A DNA stretch of 63,133 bases, filler included. It is 8 parts of 8 records of this genome, joined end to end, with 100 filler letters (N's around TTAATTAATTAA, not from the genome) between each part and the next. Parts side by side here need not be neighbours in the genome. Positions count along the whole stretch, not along the records: positions 27,785 to 37,613 come from SRR31147125_29566; positions 37,714 to 44,311 come from SRR31147125_29567; 6 more parts are not named here. One strand, given 5' to 3'. How positions within the stretch are numbered: position 1 is the stretch's first letter; every line of letters starts with the position of its first letter. Below the pieces are notes generated by a model. It had not been told where the DNA came from and searched no databases. It worked only from the letters and a program-made list of their open reading frames with translations. Of this stretch, positions 32,432 to 43,531 are shown in pieces. A program made the translations under genes and the position numbers.

Positions 32432-35400
32432 TTAAAATTTAATTCTCAAGTTAAATAAATAGGTTCTCATAGACGGAAGTGATCCATTTCGTTCATATCC
32501 AAGGGAACTAACATCTGTTCCTTTTCTATATGAATCGGGATCAAAGAAATCAGATACATCATTCAAATAAAACAAATTTCTTCCTGTTACTCCAACACTT
32601 ACTGCTTCAAGTCCAGTTCCATTTATCCACTTATTTGGAAGATTGTAATTCAAACTAAGTTCTCTAAGTTTGATGTAAGTCGCATCTTCCAGATACTCTT
32701 CAGTAGCACCATCCTTACTTCCGGCTACGGCTCTATATCCTTGTCTTGCAGCTTCGCCCCAGTATCTTTCAGGATTAATATACATCGCATTGTCACCTTC
32801 ATTACGCGCTCCCGTAACAGGATTTCCACTCTCATCTAAAACGATATATCCATTCTCATCAAATACTCCAAATACTGAGTTTCCAACAAACCTGTCGTAA
32901 CCTCCATAGGAAGAACCAATATCCTTGGTTCCGCTTTCTCTTAAATTTCTAGGGTCGTTATCTAAAGAATACAACCATCCTTCTCTACCTTCCAGTGATT
33001 CTTTTGAATAACCATTTCTATTCAGTTCTCTTTTAGTACCACTAAATACGTCTCCTCCAAAACTTCCATCAATTAAGAATGATAAAGTCAGATTTTTGTA
33101 TTTCAAGGCACTTTGCATACTGGCTGTAAAATCAGGTTGAATGTTTCCCACTTTTACTTCCGAATCAGAACCATTTCTGTTGTCGATAATTGGGTATCCC
33201 TGTTCGTTTACGATAACAGTTCCGTTATTATCTCTCATATATCTATACCCGTAAATATCACCAAATTTCTCACCTACATAAGCTCTTGAGCTATATTCTA
33301 TATGATCCTCTATTCGGTAGTACGCTTCTCCAGGTAGGTTTAACTCTTCAAGCACCATTTCGTTTGTTGCATAGTTGAAAGTTAAATCCCATTTCCAATT
33401 TCCGGTTTTAATTGGTGTAGTTGCCAATGACAATTCTATACCTGTATTAGAGATTTCTCCTACATTGTATAATAAGCTGGTAAATCCAGTAGAAATAGCT
33501 TGTGGATAATTACTAATAATTTGATTTTCGGTTACCGATTTATACCAAGTAAAATCTAACCCGATTCTATTCTGTAAAAATCTGAAATCGCCTCCAAACT
33601 CTAATGATTTATTAATCTCAGCTTCAATATTTTCATTTCCAACAGAGTTTTGCACCGTAGCTTGCAACCTACCTTGTGTATCTGATCCGTAATTATAATA
33701 GGTATTGATTCTGTAGATTCCCAAATCGTTACCAACCTCTGCGTACGAAGCTCTGAATTTAGCATATTCAAGGAAATTAGATTTTAAACCGTCAAATGCA
33801 TCGGTAGCAACAAAACCTAAATTGAAAGAAGGATAAAAGAAGCTTCTGTTTTTTGAAGGTAATGTAGAACTCCAGTCATTTCGTCCGGTTACATCTAAAA
33901 ATAGATAATCATCATACGAAAGCTGAACACTTCCGTATAGCGAATTCAAAGCTTGCCTGTCTTTACTTGACCAAAAATCTCTGCTTTCAACATTATTTAC
34001 AGTGGTTCTGTCATCTGTTAAAAAGTTAGAACCCCATGCACCGAGATAGTTTGATTCGTTATATCTTCTATTACCACCAACATTTGCAGTAATGCCTACT
34101 TTATCCAAAGTTTTTTGGTAAGTCATATAAAAGTCAGTATTTACTTCAAGATAAGAGTGCTTATCCATACTTATACTTCCTTTTGTATATGCTTCCGACC
34201 TAGCTGTTATATTGGTTAAGTTAACTTCGCTGTTATCCCATCCAACTCTTACAAAACCAGATAATTTTCCAAGGCCTTCAGGATCATCTAATATGTTAAG
34301 GTTTACTTTACCGTAACCTACAATTCGTTTACTAAGGTCATCATTCTGATCTTCGTAAACTGTCCAATACGGATTGTTTCGTCCTTTATTCCAGGCAACT
34401 TTACCGCCATCATGAAAATATCCGGGATAATCTATTCCTGAATAAGGATATCTCCATGGTTTTAGCATATCAAGCGAAATACTCCTGGGCATTTGAAGAA
34501 GAGAATAATATACGCTCGCTCTATCTCCTACCGTCGGTCTGTTATGCGTTTTGGTATACGTGTATGAAAGTTTGCCTTCCAATCCGATAAATTTATTAAT
34601 TTGAGAGCCTAAACGAAGTGCAATATTGTATTTATCCTGAGTTGATTCAGGTTGAACATCTTCAGCATCTTCATACATCATGGACAAACTATAATTAACT
34701 TTTTCACTTCCACCAGCAATATTTACGTTTTGAACGTGAGTTAAAGCAGTTTGAAAAAAATCTTTATGCTGATCTCCATATGATTCCCATGGAATTACAG
34801 GCTGGTCTCTTAACCAGTCTCTTCTTACCATTTGTCCCTGGTCAAGCCTTGGTCCCCAGGATTTTTCATTATTTACATCGGTATGTGCTTGCCCATTATC
34901 ATATAAAAACTGTCCGAAATAGGCAGGAGATCCTGAGCCTGCTCCATATTCATTCTGGATCTCAGGATAATACATAAGTTCAGTAAATCTTAGTTGAGAA
35001 GAAAGAGAAACCTTTGGTTCACCAGATTTTCCTCTTTTAGTAGTAATCATTACAACACCATTAAGGGCACGTGAACCGTAGAGTGCAGCGGCATTTGCTC
35101 CCTTTAATACAGAGATAGACTCTATTTCTTGAGGATTTAGATCTGCAATACCACTACCAAAGTCAATATCCTGACCACCAGTAAGAGATCTGTTTGAGAA
35201 TGGCACACCATCCACAACAATTAAAGCTCCATTTGAACCTGTTAAAGAAGATGCTCCCCTTAATACAATTTCAGAAGAACCTGTAGTACCGCCACCTGTA
35301 TTAGTAATAGTAATACCGGCACCTTTTCCTTGTAATGAAGTAAATACGTTTGAGGAACCAGAGTTGGCAACTTCATCTCCTTTTACCTCTTCAACTGCAT

Positions 35401-35758
35401 ACCCCAAGGCTTTTTTCTCGCGTTTAATACCCAAAGCGGTTACAACCACTTCATCCATCTGAAGATTTTCGGTTTCCAGAGCGATGTTAATTTTACGCTG
35501 TCCACTGAGTTCAACTTCCTGGCTCATAAAGCCTACAAAAGAAAACACCAGTGTTTTTGCATCATTGTTTACCTCAACAGAATAGGTTCCATCGGGCATA
35601 GTAACAGTACCATTTGTTGTTCCTTTAATCACAACATTAGCTCCCGGAATAGGATCTCCGGTTGATGCTTCTGTTACTTTTCCTGTAATTATCTGGCTTT
35701 GTGCGAAACTAAAAAGACCTACACTCAGCAAAATAATTAATGTCAAGACTTTCTTCAT
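32432..35758 (-). CDS. susC: SusC/RagA TonB-dependent transporter
   Basis: ESISVLKGANAAALYGSRALNGVVMITTK; RNDWSSTLP; terminal Phe. Confidence 0.97.
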   Translation of the reverse strand: MKKVLTLIILLSVGLFSFAQSQIITGKVTEASTGDPIPGANVVIKGTTNGTVTMPDGTYSVEVNNDAKTLVFSFVGFMSQEVELSGQRKINIALETENLQMDEVVVTALGIKREKKALGYAVEEVKGDEVANSGSSNVFTSLQGKGAGITITNTGGGTTGSSEIVLRGASSLTGSNGALIVVDGVPFSNRSLTGGQDIDFGSGIADLNPQEIESISVLKGANAAALYGSRALNGVVMITTKRGKSGEPKVSLSSQLRFTELMYYPEIQNEYGAGSGSPAYFGQFLYDNGQAHTDVNNEKSWGPRLDQGQMVRRDWLRDQPVIPWESYGDQHKDFFQTALTHVQNVNIAGGSEKVNYSLSMMYEDAEDVQPESTQDKYNIALRLGSQINKFIGLEGKLSYTYTKTHNRPTVGDRASVYYSLLQMPRSISLDMLKPWRYPYSGIDYPGYFHDGGKVAWNKGRNNPYWTVYEDQNDDLSKRIVGYGKVNLNILDDPEGLGKLSGFVRVGWDNSEVNLTNITARSEAYTKGSISMDKHSYLEVNTDFYMTYQKTLDKVGITANVGGNRRYNESNYLGAWGSNFLTDDRTTVNNVESRDFWSSKDRQALNSLYGSVQLSYDDYLFLDVTGRNDWSSTLPSKNRSFFYPSFNLGFVATDAFDGLKSNFLEYAKFRASYAEVGNDLGIYRINTYYNYGSDTQGRLQATVQNSVGNENIEAEINKSLEFGGDFRFLQNRIGLDFTWYKSVTENQIISNYPQAISTGFTSLLYNVGEISNTGIELSLATTPIKTGNWKWDLTFNYATNEMVLEELNLPGEAYYRIEDHIEYSSRAYVGEKFGDIYGYRYMRDNNGTVIVNEQGYPIIDNRNGSDSEVKVGNIQPDFTASMQSALKYKNLTLSFLIDGSFGGDVFSGTKRELNRNGYSKESLEGREGWLYSLDNDPRNLRESGTKDIGSSYGGYDRFVGNSVFGVFDENGYIVLDESGNPVTGARNEGDNAMYINPERYWGEAARQGYRAVAGSKDGATEEYLEDATYIKLRELSLNYNLPNKWINGTGLEAVSVGVTGRNLFYLNDVSDFFDPDSYRKGTDVSSLGYERNGSLPSMRTYLFNLRIKF

Positions 35759-36090
35759 AAAACATTAATTTAGTTACTTGTTAATAAAAGAATTAATAAT
35801 ACGATTAGTACGATCAAAACAACTTCTACTAACAGTCGTCGTTTACTTTGAATCTGATTGAAGTATTGTTTTAATCGCATAGTTCAATAATTTTACTAAA
35901 ACGAAGTAACGGCTATTCATTTGTAAAAGGATTCACAGAGGTTTCCGGTATTTGAATCCATGTGTCGGGAAATTGCAATTATGTTTTCAGGAGTTTAAAA
36001 CATGTGTACACACAAGTACACTACATCACTAATAATAAACCAGTTACAACACAACTGCAGTTTATTTAAAAAAATAGAAAATTGAAATTT

Positions 36091-37613
36091 TTATTTTGAA
36101 TTCCCAACGTAGTTTTTGGGAGAAATACCATATAATTTAGTAAACGAGCGGCTAAAATACGAAGGACTTGAGAAACCTACTTCGTAACTAATTTCTTCGA
36201 TTGTATACTTGTTTTCTTCCAAAAGTTTTGCAGCACGTTTCAGCCGGTAATTTCGAACATATTCTGAGGCTGAAGCACCTGTAAGAGCTTTCAGTTTTTT
36301 ATGGAAATAGCTACGACTAATGCCAATTTCTTTTGAAATACCTTCAATAGATAGTTCTGAATTTTGAATATTCCCGTCGATATATTTATTCAGCTTATTT
36401 AGTAAACGTTTGTCGAGTTCCGAAATGTCCATCTTTTTAGGACTTGCCATAGGAGCCTGAGCAAAACGTTTTTTTAATTGTTCGCGAATTTCGAGCAATC
36501 CACTTACTTGCTTTTTAAGAACATCGATATTAAATGGTTTTAGGACGTATGCATCTGCTCCAGATTCGTACCCATCTAATTGACTTTTTTGGCTACTTTT
36601 AGCGGTAAGCAAAATTACAGGTATATGAGAGGTTGTAAGTTTACTTTTTACTTTAGCACAAAATTCGATACCATCCATTTCGGGCATCATCACATCCGAC
36701 ACGATAATGTCGGGAATAAATTGCTCTACAATTTTTAATCCCTCTTTCCCATTTAAAGCTGTTTTAACCTTAAACTCGGTATTAAACTCGTTTTTTAAAT
36801 AGGAACTCAAGTCTAACGAATCTTCTACAATTAGCAATTTTGGTCTTTTATTTTTTACGGTGTACTTTGCTTCTTCTTCAACCGTCTCTTCCTCTTCTTC
36901 TTTTGTTTTTTGATTTATTCCTTTAATAAAATAATCAGTGGGATAATGACTCTTACCTTTTTTAAACATCATTTCAATCCGTGTGCCTTTGTCTATTTCA
37001 CTGGTAAGTTCTATTTGCGCCTGATGTAGCTCAAGTAATTCTTTTACAAACGACAAACCAATCCCGCTACCAATTCCGTGATCTTTGCTTTGGTAAAATC
37101 TGTCAAAAATCCTTTTTGTTCATCGGGAGCAATACCAATTCCATTGTCCTCAACCCATAACATTAGCTCCGAATCCAAATTCCGAATGCCAACGTTTATT
37201 ATAATTTTATCTCTTTTAGAGTGCTTTATTGAATTTGAAACCAAGTTGTAGACAATGTTTTCCAACATTTGCCTGTCAGCAAACAAGTCAACTGGCTCCT
37301 TTTCGCTTTGCAAATTAATCTGAACTTGATTTGAATCATACGAATCTGTGAATTTATCCAACACCTCATTAAGAAATTCGTTCAATTCAATTTTTGAAAC
37401 ATTAGGCTTCCAATTGCCCGTTTCTAATTTTCTGAAATCCAGCAATTGATTTACGAGGTTCATCAAACGGTCGCTATTTTTCTTTATGGTTTTATAATAA
37501 TCAATACGTTGTTCGGAATTTAACTCATTTTCTTTATTTAAAAGACTGGACAGTGGAGCTATAATCAAACTTAAGGGAGTCCGTAATTCATGCGAAATAT
37601 TGGTAAAAAACTG
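36091..37613 (-). CDS. Hybrid two-component system (HisKA-HATPase-REC-AraC), 5' truncated, frameshift at 37113-37117
   Basis: NISHELRTPL, NLVSNSIK, DNGIG; restored IFDRFYQ...GSGIGL; SDVMMPEMDG; AraC HTH. Confidence 0.93.
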
Positions 37614-37713
37614 NNNNNNNNNNNNNNNNNNNNNNNNNNNNNNNNNNNNNNNNNNNNTTAATTAATTAANNNNNNNNNNNNNNNNNNNNNNNNNNNNNNN
37701 NNNNNNNNNNNNN
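37614..37713. other. Artificial contig linker
   Basis: N44-TTAATTAATTAA-N44. Confidence 0.99.
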
Positions 37714-38629
37714 AACAGGTGGAAGAAATATTGATTTTAGAATATCAACACTTCCAACTATAAATGGTGAAAAGATAGTAATGAGAATACTGGATAAAGG
37801 AACTCAGAAGCTTGATTTAGAGGTACTTGGATACACGGATGAAGAACTATCTAAGATAAATAAGGCGCTTGAAATGCCCTATGGTATGATTCTAGTTACA
37901 GGTCCAACAGGAAGTGGTAAATCAACGACACTTTACTCTGCATTAACTAAACTAAATGATGATGAAACGAATATCTCTACAGCAGAGGATCCTGTGGAAT
38001 ATGAAATCGATGGAATAAACCAAGTACATTGTAAGTCTGATATAGGTCTAGATTTTGCCAGCGCACTTAGATCATTCCTTAGACAAGATCCTGATGTAAT
38101 AATGGTAGGAGAGATTAGAGACAAAGAAACAGCGGAGATATCAATTAAAGCAGCCTTAACAGGACATCTTCTGTTATCATCTCTACATACAAATGACGCA
38201 CCAGGAAGTATTCATAGACTTATAAATATGGGAGTAGAACCATTTATGATCTCTGCATCTCTGGTAGCTGTTACAGCTCAGAGACTTGCTAGAAGAATAT
38301 GTCCTGAGTGCAAAGAGATAAAGGAGTATCAACCAGGAATGTTTGCTTCTTTAGGTGTTGATTACGAGGCTTATAAAGATAAAATATACTATCATGGAAA
38401 AGGATGCCCTCATTGTAACGGAACTGGTTATAAAGGCAGAGTAGGTCTTCATGAGATAATGGTACTAGATGACGATTTAAGAGATTTAATATCTAGGAGA
38501 GCGACAACGCTGGAAATTAGAAAAAAAGCTCAAGAAAATGGAATGCAAACACTTAGAGACAGCGCATTTATGAAAGCAGAAGAGGGAATTACTACTCTTG
38601 AAGAAGTGCTTAGAGTAACAATTGTTTAG
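37714..38629 (+). CDS. pilB: Type IV pilus assembly ATPase, 5' truncated
   Basis: GPTGSGKSTT, EDPVEY, LRQDPDVIMVGEIRD and tetracysteine motif. Confidence 0.95.
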
Positions 38630-38638
38630 GAGGCATAA

Positions 38639-39883
38639 ATGACAAGGTATAGTTTTGAAGCCATTGATAGAAGTGGTAAAAAATATAGAGAAGAAGCTGA
38701 AGTTAAAGATTTAAAAGAGCTAAAGCAACTCTTGAAACAACAAAACCTAATTTTAGTTAAAGCATCGAAGAAAAGAGGAAAAGCTTCAAAAGGTAAATCT
38801 AAAACATCGAGTAAAAAAACTAAAGCTCAAAAGAGCTCAATGTTTCAGAGAATAAAAACTAAGGAGATAGTTGTACTTACCAGACAACTATCTACATTAA
38901 TTGACTCAGGCTTACCACTGCTCAGGGCGATAAATATCATAACAGAACAGATCATTAACCCAAAACTAAAAGCTATAATGGAGAGTGTCAGAGCAGATAT
39001 TACTGAGGGAACTGAGTTTTCAAAAGCTCTTGCAAAATATCCTAAACAGTTCGATAAGCTGTACGTGAATATGGTCAGAGCTGGAGAAGCTTCTGGATCT
39101 CTTGAGATAGTTCTAAAGAGGTTAGCTAAAAGCATGGAGGATGCAAGAGAGGTACAAGGAAAAGTAAAAGGAGCCCTAACCTATCCCATAGTTGTTGTAT
39201 TTATCTCAATAGGAATAGTGTATGGTATGATGAGTTTTGTAGTTCCTAGATTTATAGATATGTTTGATAGTTTTGGCGCTGACTTACCAGCTTATACACA
39301 GTTTGTGTTTAATTTAAGTGGGTATTTTAAAAAATATTGGTGGTTAATTTTAATAGTAGTAGTAGGAGCAGTATTTTTATTTATTAGATCTATTAAAACA
39401 GAAAAAGGAAGATATGTGTTTCATAGTTTTACACTGAGAGTACCGATATTTGGTGAACTTATAAGGAAAGTAGCAGTATCTAGATTCACAAGAACAATGT
39501 CCACTTTAGTAGAAAGTGGAGTTCCAATTTTGATATCATTTGATATAGCTTCAGAAACATCTGGAAACAGTGTAATCGCTAAAGTTATTCTAAGTGCAAA
39601 AGATAGTATTAGACGTGGAGAAACTATAGCAAAACCACTTGAAGAGAGTGGAGAGTTTCCAGTTATGGTTACACAGATGATACAGGTTGGAGAAGAGAGT
39701 GGAGCTTTAATTGATATGCTTTCAAAGGTATCAGACTTCCAAGATTATGAAGTGAGAGAAACTATAACGACTTCACTTGCTATATTAGAACCAATGGCGA
39801 TACTTATAATGGCATTAATAGTAGGATCAATTGTTATAGCACTGTTCCTACCACTAACAATGATAAGTGATTTTGTAGGATAG
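38639..39883 (+). CDS. pilC: Type IV pilus platform protein (GspF/PilC)
   Basis: RQLSTLIDSGLPL, AGEASGSL, ALTYP and GEESGAL motifs. Confidence 0.95.
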   Translation: MTRYSFEAIDRSGKKYREEAEVKDLKELKQLLKQQNLILVKASKKRGKASKGKSKTSSKKTKAQKSSMFQRIKTKEIVVLTRQLSTLIDSGLPLLRAINIITEQIINPKLKAIMESVRADITEGTEFSKALAKYPKQFDKLYVNMVRAGEASGSLEIVLKRLAKSMEDAREVQGKVKGALTYPIVVVFISIGIVYGMMSFVVPRFIDMFDSFGADLPAYTQFVFNLSGYFKKYWWLILIVVVGAVFLFIRSIKTEKGRYVFHSFTLRVPIFGELIRKVAVSRFTRTMSTLVESGVPILISFDIASETSGNSVIAKVILSAKDSIRRGETIAKPLEESGEFPVMVTQMIQVGEESGALIDMLSKVSDFQDYEVRETITTSLAILEPMAILIMALIVGSIVIALFLPLTMISDFVG

Positions 39884-39898
39884 ATTTAGGAGTTAAAA

Positions 39899-40663
39899 TT
39901 GATGGGAAACACTATATTAAAAGTTAGAGAATTGGAAAAAAAATATATAGAAAAAGATATATTTAAACGATTAAAAGGAAAAAAAGTAAGTAGAGGAATT
40001 GAGGATATTAATTTTGAAATTAAGCAGGGAGAGATATTTTCAATAATTGGTTTAAACGGAGCAGGAAAAACTACACTATTGAAATGTATATTGGGTTTAT
40101 TAGACAGTGATAAAGGTTTCGTTGAGATATTTAATGAAAAAAAACTGTCCTTAGAAGCTAAATCGAATATTGGTTATCTACCAGAGATATCATATTATCC
40201 AAAAGATCTAAAGCTAATAGATTTGATGATATTTTATGCTGAACTTTATGGAATAAATAAAAAAGATATTAAAACAAAAGTAAAAGAATCTCTTGGAATA
40301 CTTGGGATGGAAAGCTACATGGATGAGAGGCTAAATAGTTTTTCAAAAGGCATGTTGCAAAAAGTTGGAATAGCTCAAGCTATTTTGAATCAACCGAAAT
40401 TGTTATTCTTGGATGAACCCATGTCAGGTTTAGACCCACTTGCCAGGCGACAAGTTATAGCATTACTAGAAAAATTAAAGGAATCAGGAACGACAATATT
40501 TTTAAATACCCATATACTAAATGATATTGAACGAATAGGTGAAAGAGTTTTAATTATGCATAAAGGTAGAATAAAAGAGGAGTTAGACTTAAGAGGGGCA
40601 GAGGAAAACTTCTCTCTAGAGGAGCATTTTATTAAAATTGTGCAAGGTGATGGAAATGTTTAA
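39899..40663 (+). CDS. ABC ATP-binding protein (PilH-like)
   Basis: GLNGAGKTT, FSKGMLQK and LDEPMSGLDP motifs. Confidence 0.9.
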   Translation: MMGNTILKVRELEKKYIEKDIFKRLKGKKVSRGIEDINFEIKQGEIFSIIGLNGAGKTTLLKCILGLLDSDKGFVEIFNEKKLSLEAKSNIGYLPEISYYPKDLKLIDLMIFYAELYGINKKDIKTKVKESLGILGMESYMDERLNSFSKGMLQKVGIAQAILNQPKLLFLDEPMSGLDPLARRQVIALLEKLKESGTTIFLNTHILNDIERIGERVLIMHKGRIKEELDLRGAEENFSLEEHFIKIVQGDGNV

Positions 40664-41414
40664 AAAAAGTTTAGCCGTTGCTAAATATACAGTAAAAGAG
40701 AATATATCAAATAAGATATTTTCAGGAATGATAATGTTTGCTTTAATTGTTTTAGGAGGTATACTCTTATTAAAGGAAATAACAATTTATGAGAGCACAA
40801 TGGTTATAAAGGATATTGGAATATTTTTAATAGAGTTTTTTCTACTATTAATCACAGTATATCTTTCATCTACAACTATAATTAAAGCTCATAAGGAAAA
40901 ATCAATATATTTGATACTAACTAAATCAATAACTAGAACTCAGTATATAATTGGAGTTAGTTTTGGAATATTTTTTATACTAGGAATTTATCTACTTATG
41001 TTAAGCTCTGTTTTATCATTAGTTCTTTATTTAGAAAACTATACATTTACAAGTGAATATTTTTTAGTGATACTATATACGTATTATAAGCTACTAATTT
41101 TATCTTCTTTGGGTTTACTATTTTCAGTTATATCAGACTCATTTGTAACAGGTAATATATTCACGTTCTGTATCTACATTATTTCGCATATGACATATGA
41201 ACTGAAAGTTATGGCAGAAAAATCAGGAAGTTTAATAACAAAGTATATATTGCATTTATTAAATCTTATTTTACCTAAATACTATATCTTAAACAGAAAA
41301 GATTATCTGCTGGATATAGATATTAATAACTATAAAATTTTACTTTATGTGTTGATTTATCTCGTTCTGGCTTTAACGTTAAATTCAATAATCTTTGGAA
41401 AAAGGAAGTTATAG
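40656..41414 (+). CDS. ABC-2 type permease (PilI-like)
   Basis: About six TMs; KSIYLILTKSITR.QYI.G motif. Confidence 0.8.
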   Translation: MFKKSLAVAKYTVKENISNKIFSGMIMFALIVLGGILLLKEITIYESTMVIKDIGIFLIEFFLLLITVYLSSTTIIKAHKEKSIYLILTKSITRTQYIIGVSFGIFFILGIYLLMLSSVLSLVLYLENYTFTSEYFLVILYTYYKLLILSSLGLLFSVISDSFVTGNIFTFCIYIISHMTYELKVMAEKSGSLITKYILHLLNLILPKYYILNRKDYLLDIDINNYKILLYVLIYLVLALTLNSIIFGKRKL

Positions 41415-41416
41415 AT

Positions 41417-42112
41417 ATGAAGAGATTTGTATTTATAATATTATTTATAATATTTTATGCTATATCATTGGATGTTGCTAAATATGAAGAACTTATCTAC
41501 TCGAATGAGAGTAAAGTCAAAATCTCACCTGAGTTTATGCCTGTTGTTTTGAAATTAAGCGGGCTTAGAAAAGCTACCACATCTCTGCTTTGGATAAAAC
41601 ACGGCTTGCAAATAGGTGATATTATCAGTAAAGATGAAAAGAGAGAATTTAAAATGAAGCAGTTAAATCAAAACTCAAGAAATATAGCCTATCTATCTCC
41701 ATATTTTAAGCAAAACTACTACACAAGTTCAACGGTTTTAGCGTTTATAAAAACCTTAAAAGCGCATAAAGAAGCGATGGAGATATTAAAAATAGGAATA
41801 GATAATAATCCGAACGAAATTTTGTTTAAAAAATATGCAGGTGCTATTATAGCTAAGTCTGAAAATGATACAGAAAAATTAATTTTAATTATGGAGACAA
41901 TATTAAATGAGAAATTTGATGATGAAATTGCACTTTTTTTAAGTAAAATATATGAAAAAAAGCATTCAGAAACGGGAAAACCTTTTTTTCTAAAAAAACA
42001 GGTTTCGCTTTTAGAAACGGTTTCTGTGTATGGAACAGAAAAAAACAAAAAAATAGCATTAGATATGCTAGTAGAGTTAAAAAATGGTAAAGAAGTCTCT
42101 AATAAGATATAA
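41417..42112 (+). CDS. Membrane-anchored helical protein (PilG/XapA-like)
   Basis: N-terminal TM; G.R.....LLWIK, LSPYF...Y and A.EILK.GI..NP pattern. Confidence 0.5.
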   Translation: MKRFVFIILFIIFYAISLDVAKYEELIYSNESKVKISPEFMPVVLKLSGLRKATTSLLWIKHGLQIGDIISKDEKREFKMKQLNQNSRNIAYLSPYFKQNYYTSSTVLAFIKTLKAHKEAMEILKIGIDNNPNEILFKKYAGAIIAKSENDTEKLILIMETILNEKFDDEIALFLSKIYEKKHSETGKPFFLKKQVSLLETVSVYGTEKNKKIALDMLVELKNGKEVSNKI

Positions 42113-42222
42113 CAATAACAGCCAAAAAATCCTTTATTTTATTTTAAAAATGTGATATAAATATAGGAGATACTTGGTCTATAAAGAGTAAGAAAAAATA
42201 TATAAATTTAAAGGGAGGAACT

Positions 42223-42687
42223 ATGAGAAACAAAATGAACAAAGGATTTACATTAGTTGAACTTATGATAGTAGTAGCAATAATGGCAATTTTAGCAGCG
42301 GTATCAGCACCAAGGTTTGGAGATCAAATTAAAAAGGCTAGAGATGCGAAAGGATTATCGGTAGTATCTACATGGAGAAGTGCTGTAAATATTTTTTATG
42401 CAGATAAATATGAGTTTGCAGATAACTATGGCGAGATGTCACCATATGTTGATGCAGGAACATTAGCTGTAACTCTTGAGTCGGCATCAGATACTGGAAC
42501 AGCGGTATCATCGACTACATCTCAGTCAGCAGCTTATATCAAAGTTGGAACAAGTACAGGGACAAATTCAAATGTTGATACTTATATAGAGTTAACTTAT
42601 TCTGGAAGTTCATCATCTACTGATGGATCAATTTCAATTACTGACTCAGGAAATGATACTAAAGCTGAAGCATGGGCAAATAAATAG
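42223..42687 (+). CDS. pilA: Type IV major pilin
   Basis: KG/FTLVELMIVV prepilin site; strong RBS; followed by a terminator. Confidence 0.88.
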   Translation: MRNKMNKGFTLVELMIVVAIMAILAAVSAPRFGDQIKKARDAKGLSVVSTWRSAVNIFYADKYEFADNYGEMSPYVDAGTLAVTLESASDTGTAVSSTTSQSAAYIKVGTSTGTNSNVDTYIELTYSGSSSSTDGSISITDSGNDTKAEAWANK

Positions 42688-42697
42688 AATAATTTTT

Positions 42698-42723
42698 AGG
42701 CGGTATATGTTACCGCCTTTTTT
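42698..42723 (+). terminator. Rho-independent terminator after the pilin
   Basis: AGGCGGTA-tatgt-TACCGCCT followed by a T run. Confidence 0.8.
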
Positions 42724-42770
42724 AAGATTTGAAATGTAACTATATAAAACTAATATTGGAGGAAAAAGGT

Positions 42771-43508
42771 TTGGATTTACTGTATATATTTTTATTTGGA
42801 TTAATCATAGGAAGTTTTCTAAATGTATGTATATATAGAATTCCAAATGGTCAGAGTATAAACTTCCCACCGTCACACTGCCCTGTATGTAAAGAGCCAG
42901 TGAAGTGGTACGATAACATACCTGTATTTTCCTATCTTGCCTTACACGGCAAATGTAGAGTGTGTAAAACGAAAATTTCGATACAATATCCTCTTGTAGA
43001 ACTGCTTACAGGAGTACTTTTTTTATTAATATACCTGAAATTTGGAATGAATTTATTTTTATTAAAAAGGTTGATTTTTGTAGCATTATTAATAGTGTTA
43101 TCTATGATAGATATTAAAACATATGAGTTTCCCGAAAAATTAACATTTTCACTTATTTTTATTGGTTATATAATGTCATTTATTTCACCAGATATAACAC
43201 TTGAGATGTCCTTTATTGGTTCAGCTGTTTACGCTTTTCCGTTTATGATAATATATGCTTATGGTGAGTCGATTATACATAAAGATATAATGGGCTTTGG
43301 TGATGTGAAATTATCTGCTGGAATAGGAGCATTTTTAGGATATAAAAGTTTTTATATTACATATATGTTTTTTACATGTAGTTTTGTAATAGGGGCTATT
43401 ATAAGTATCATATTAATAACAACAAAAGTTAAAGAAAGAAAAGAATTGATACCTTTTGGACCTTTTCTTTCGATTTCAGCAATTATTATGATGTTTTATT
43501 TCGTATAA
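42771..43508 (+). CDS. pilD: Prepilin peptidase / N-methyltransferase
   Basis: GSFLNVCIYRIP, two CxxC motifs, MGFGDVK and IPFGPFL; TTG start after GGAGG. Confidence 0.95.
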   Translation: MDLLYIFLFGLIIGSFLNVCIYRIPNGQSINFPPSHCPVCKEPVKWYDNIPVFSYLALHGKCRVCKTKISIQYPLVELLTGVLFLLIYLKFGMNLFLLKRLIFVALLIVLSMIDIKTYEFPEKLTFSLIFIGYIMSFISPDITLEMSFIGSAVYAFPFMIIYAYGESIIHKDIMGFGDVKLSAGIGAFLGYKSFYITYMFFTCSFVIGAIISIILITTKVKERKELIPFGPFLSISAIIMMFYFV

Positions 43509-43531
43509 ATAATAATGAATAGAAAAATAAT

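Noticed and set aside
42113-42222. c-di-GMP riboswitch upstream of the pilin, as in some clostridia
   Set aside because: Short AT-rich region with a promoter-like box only; no class I or class II motif seen
42223-42687. Electrically conductive pilus claim
   Set aside because: Aromatic content is borderline (13 of 146), positions 27 and 32 are not aromatic, and the criterion itself is contested
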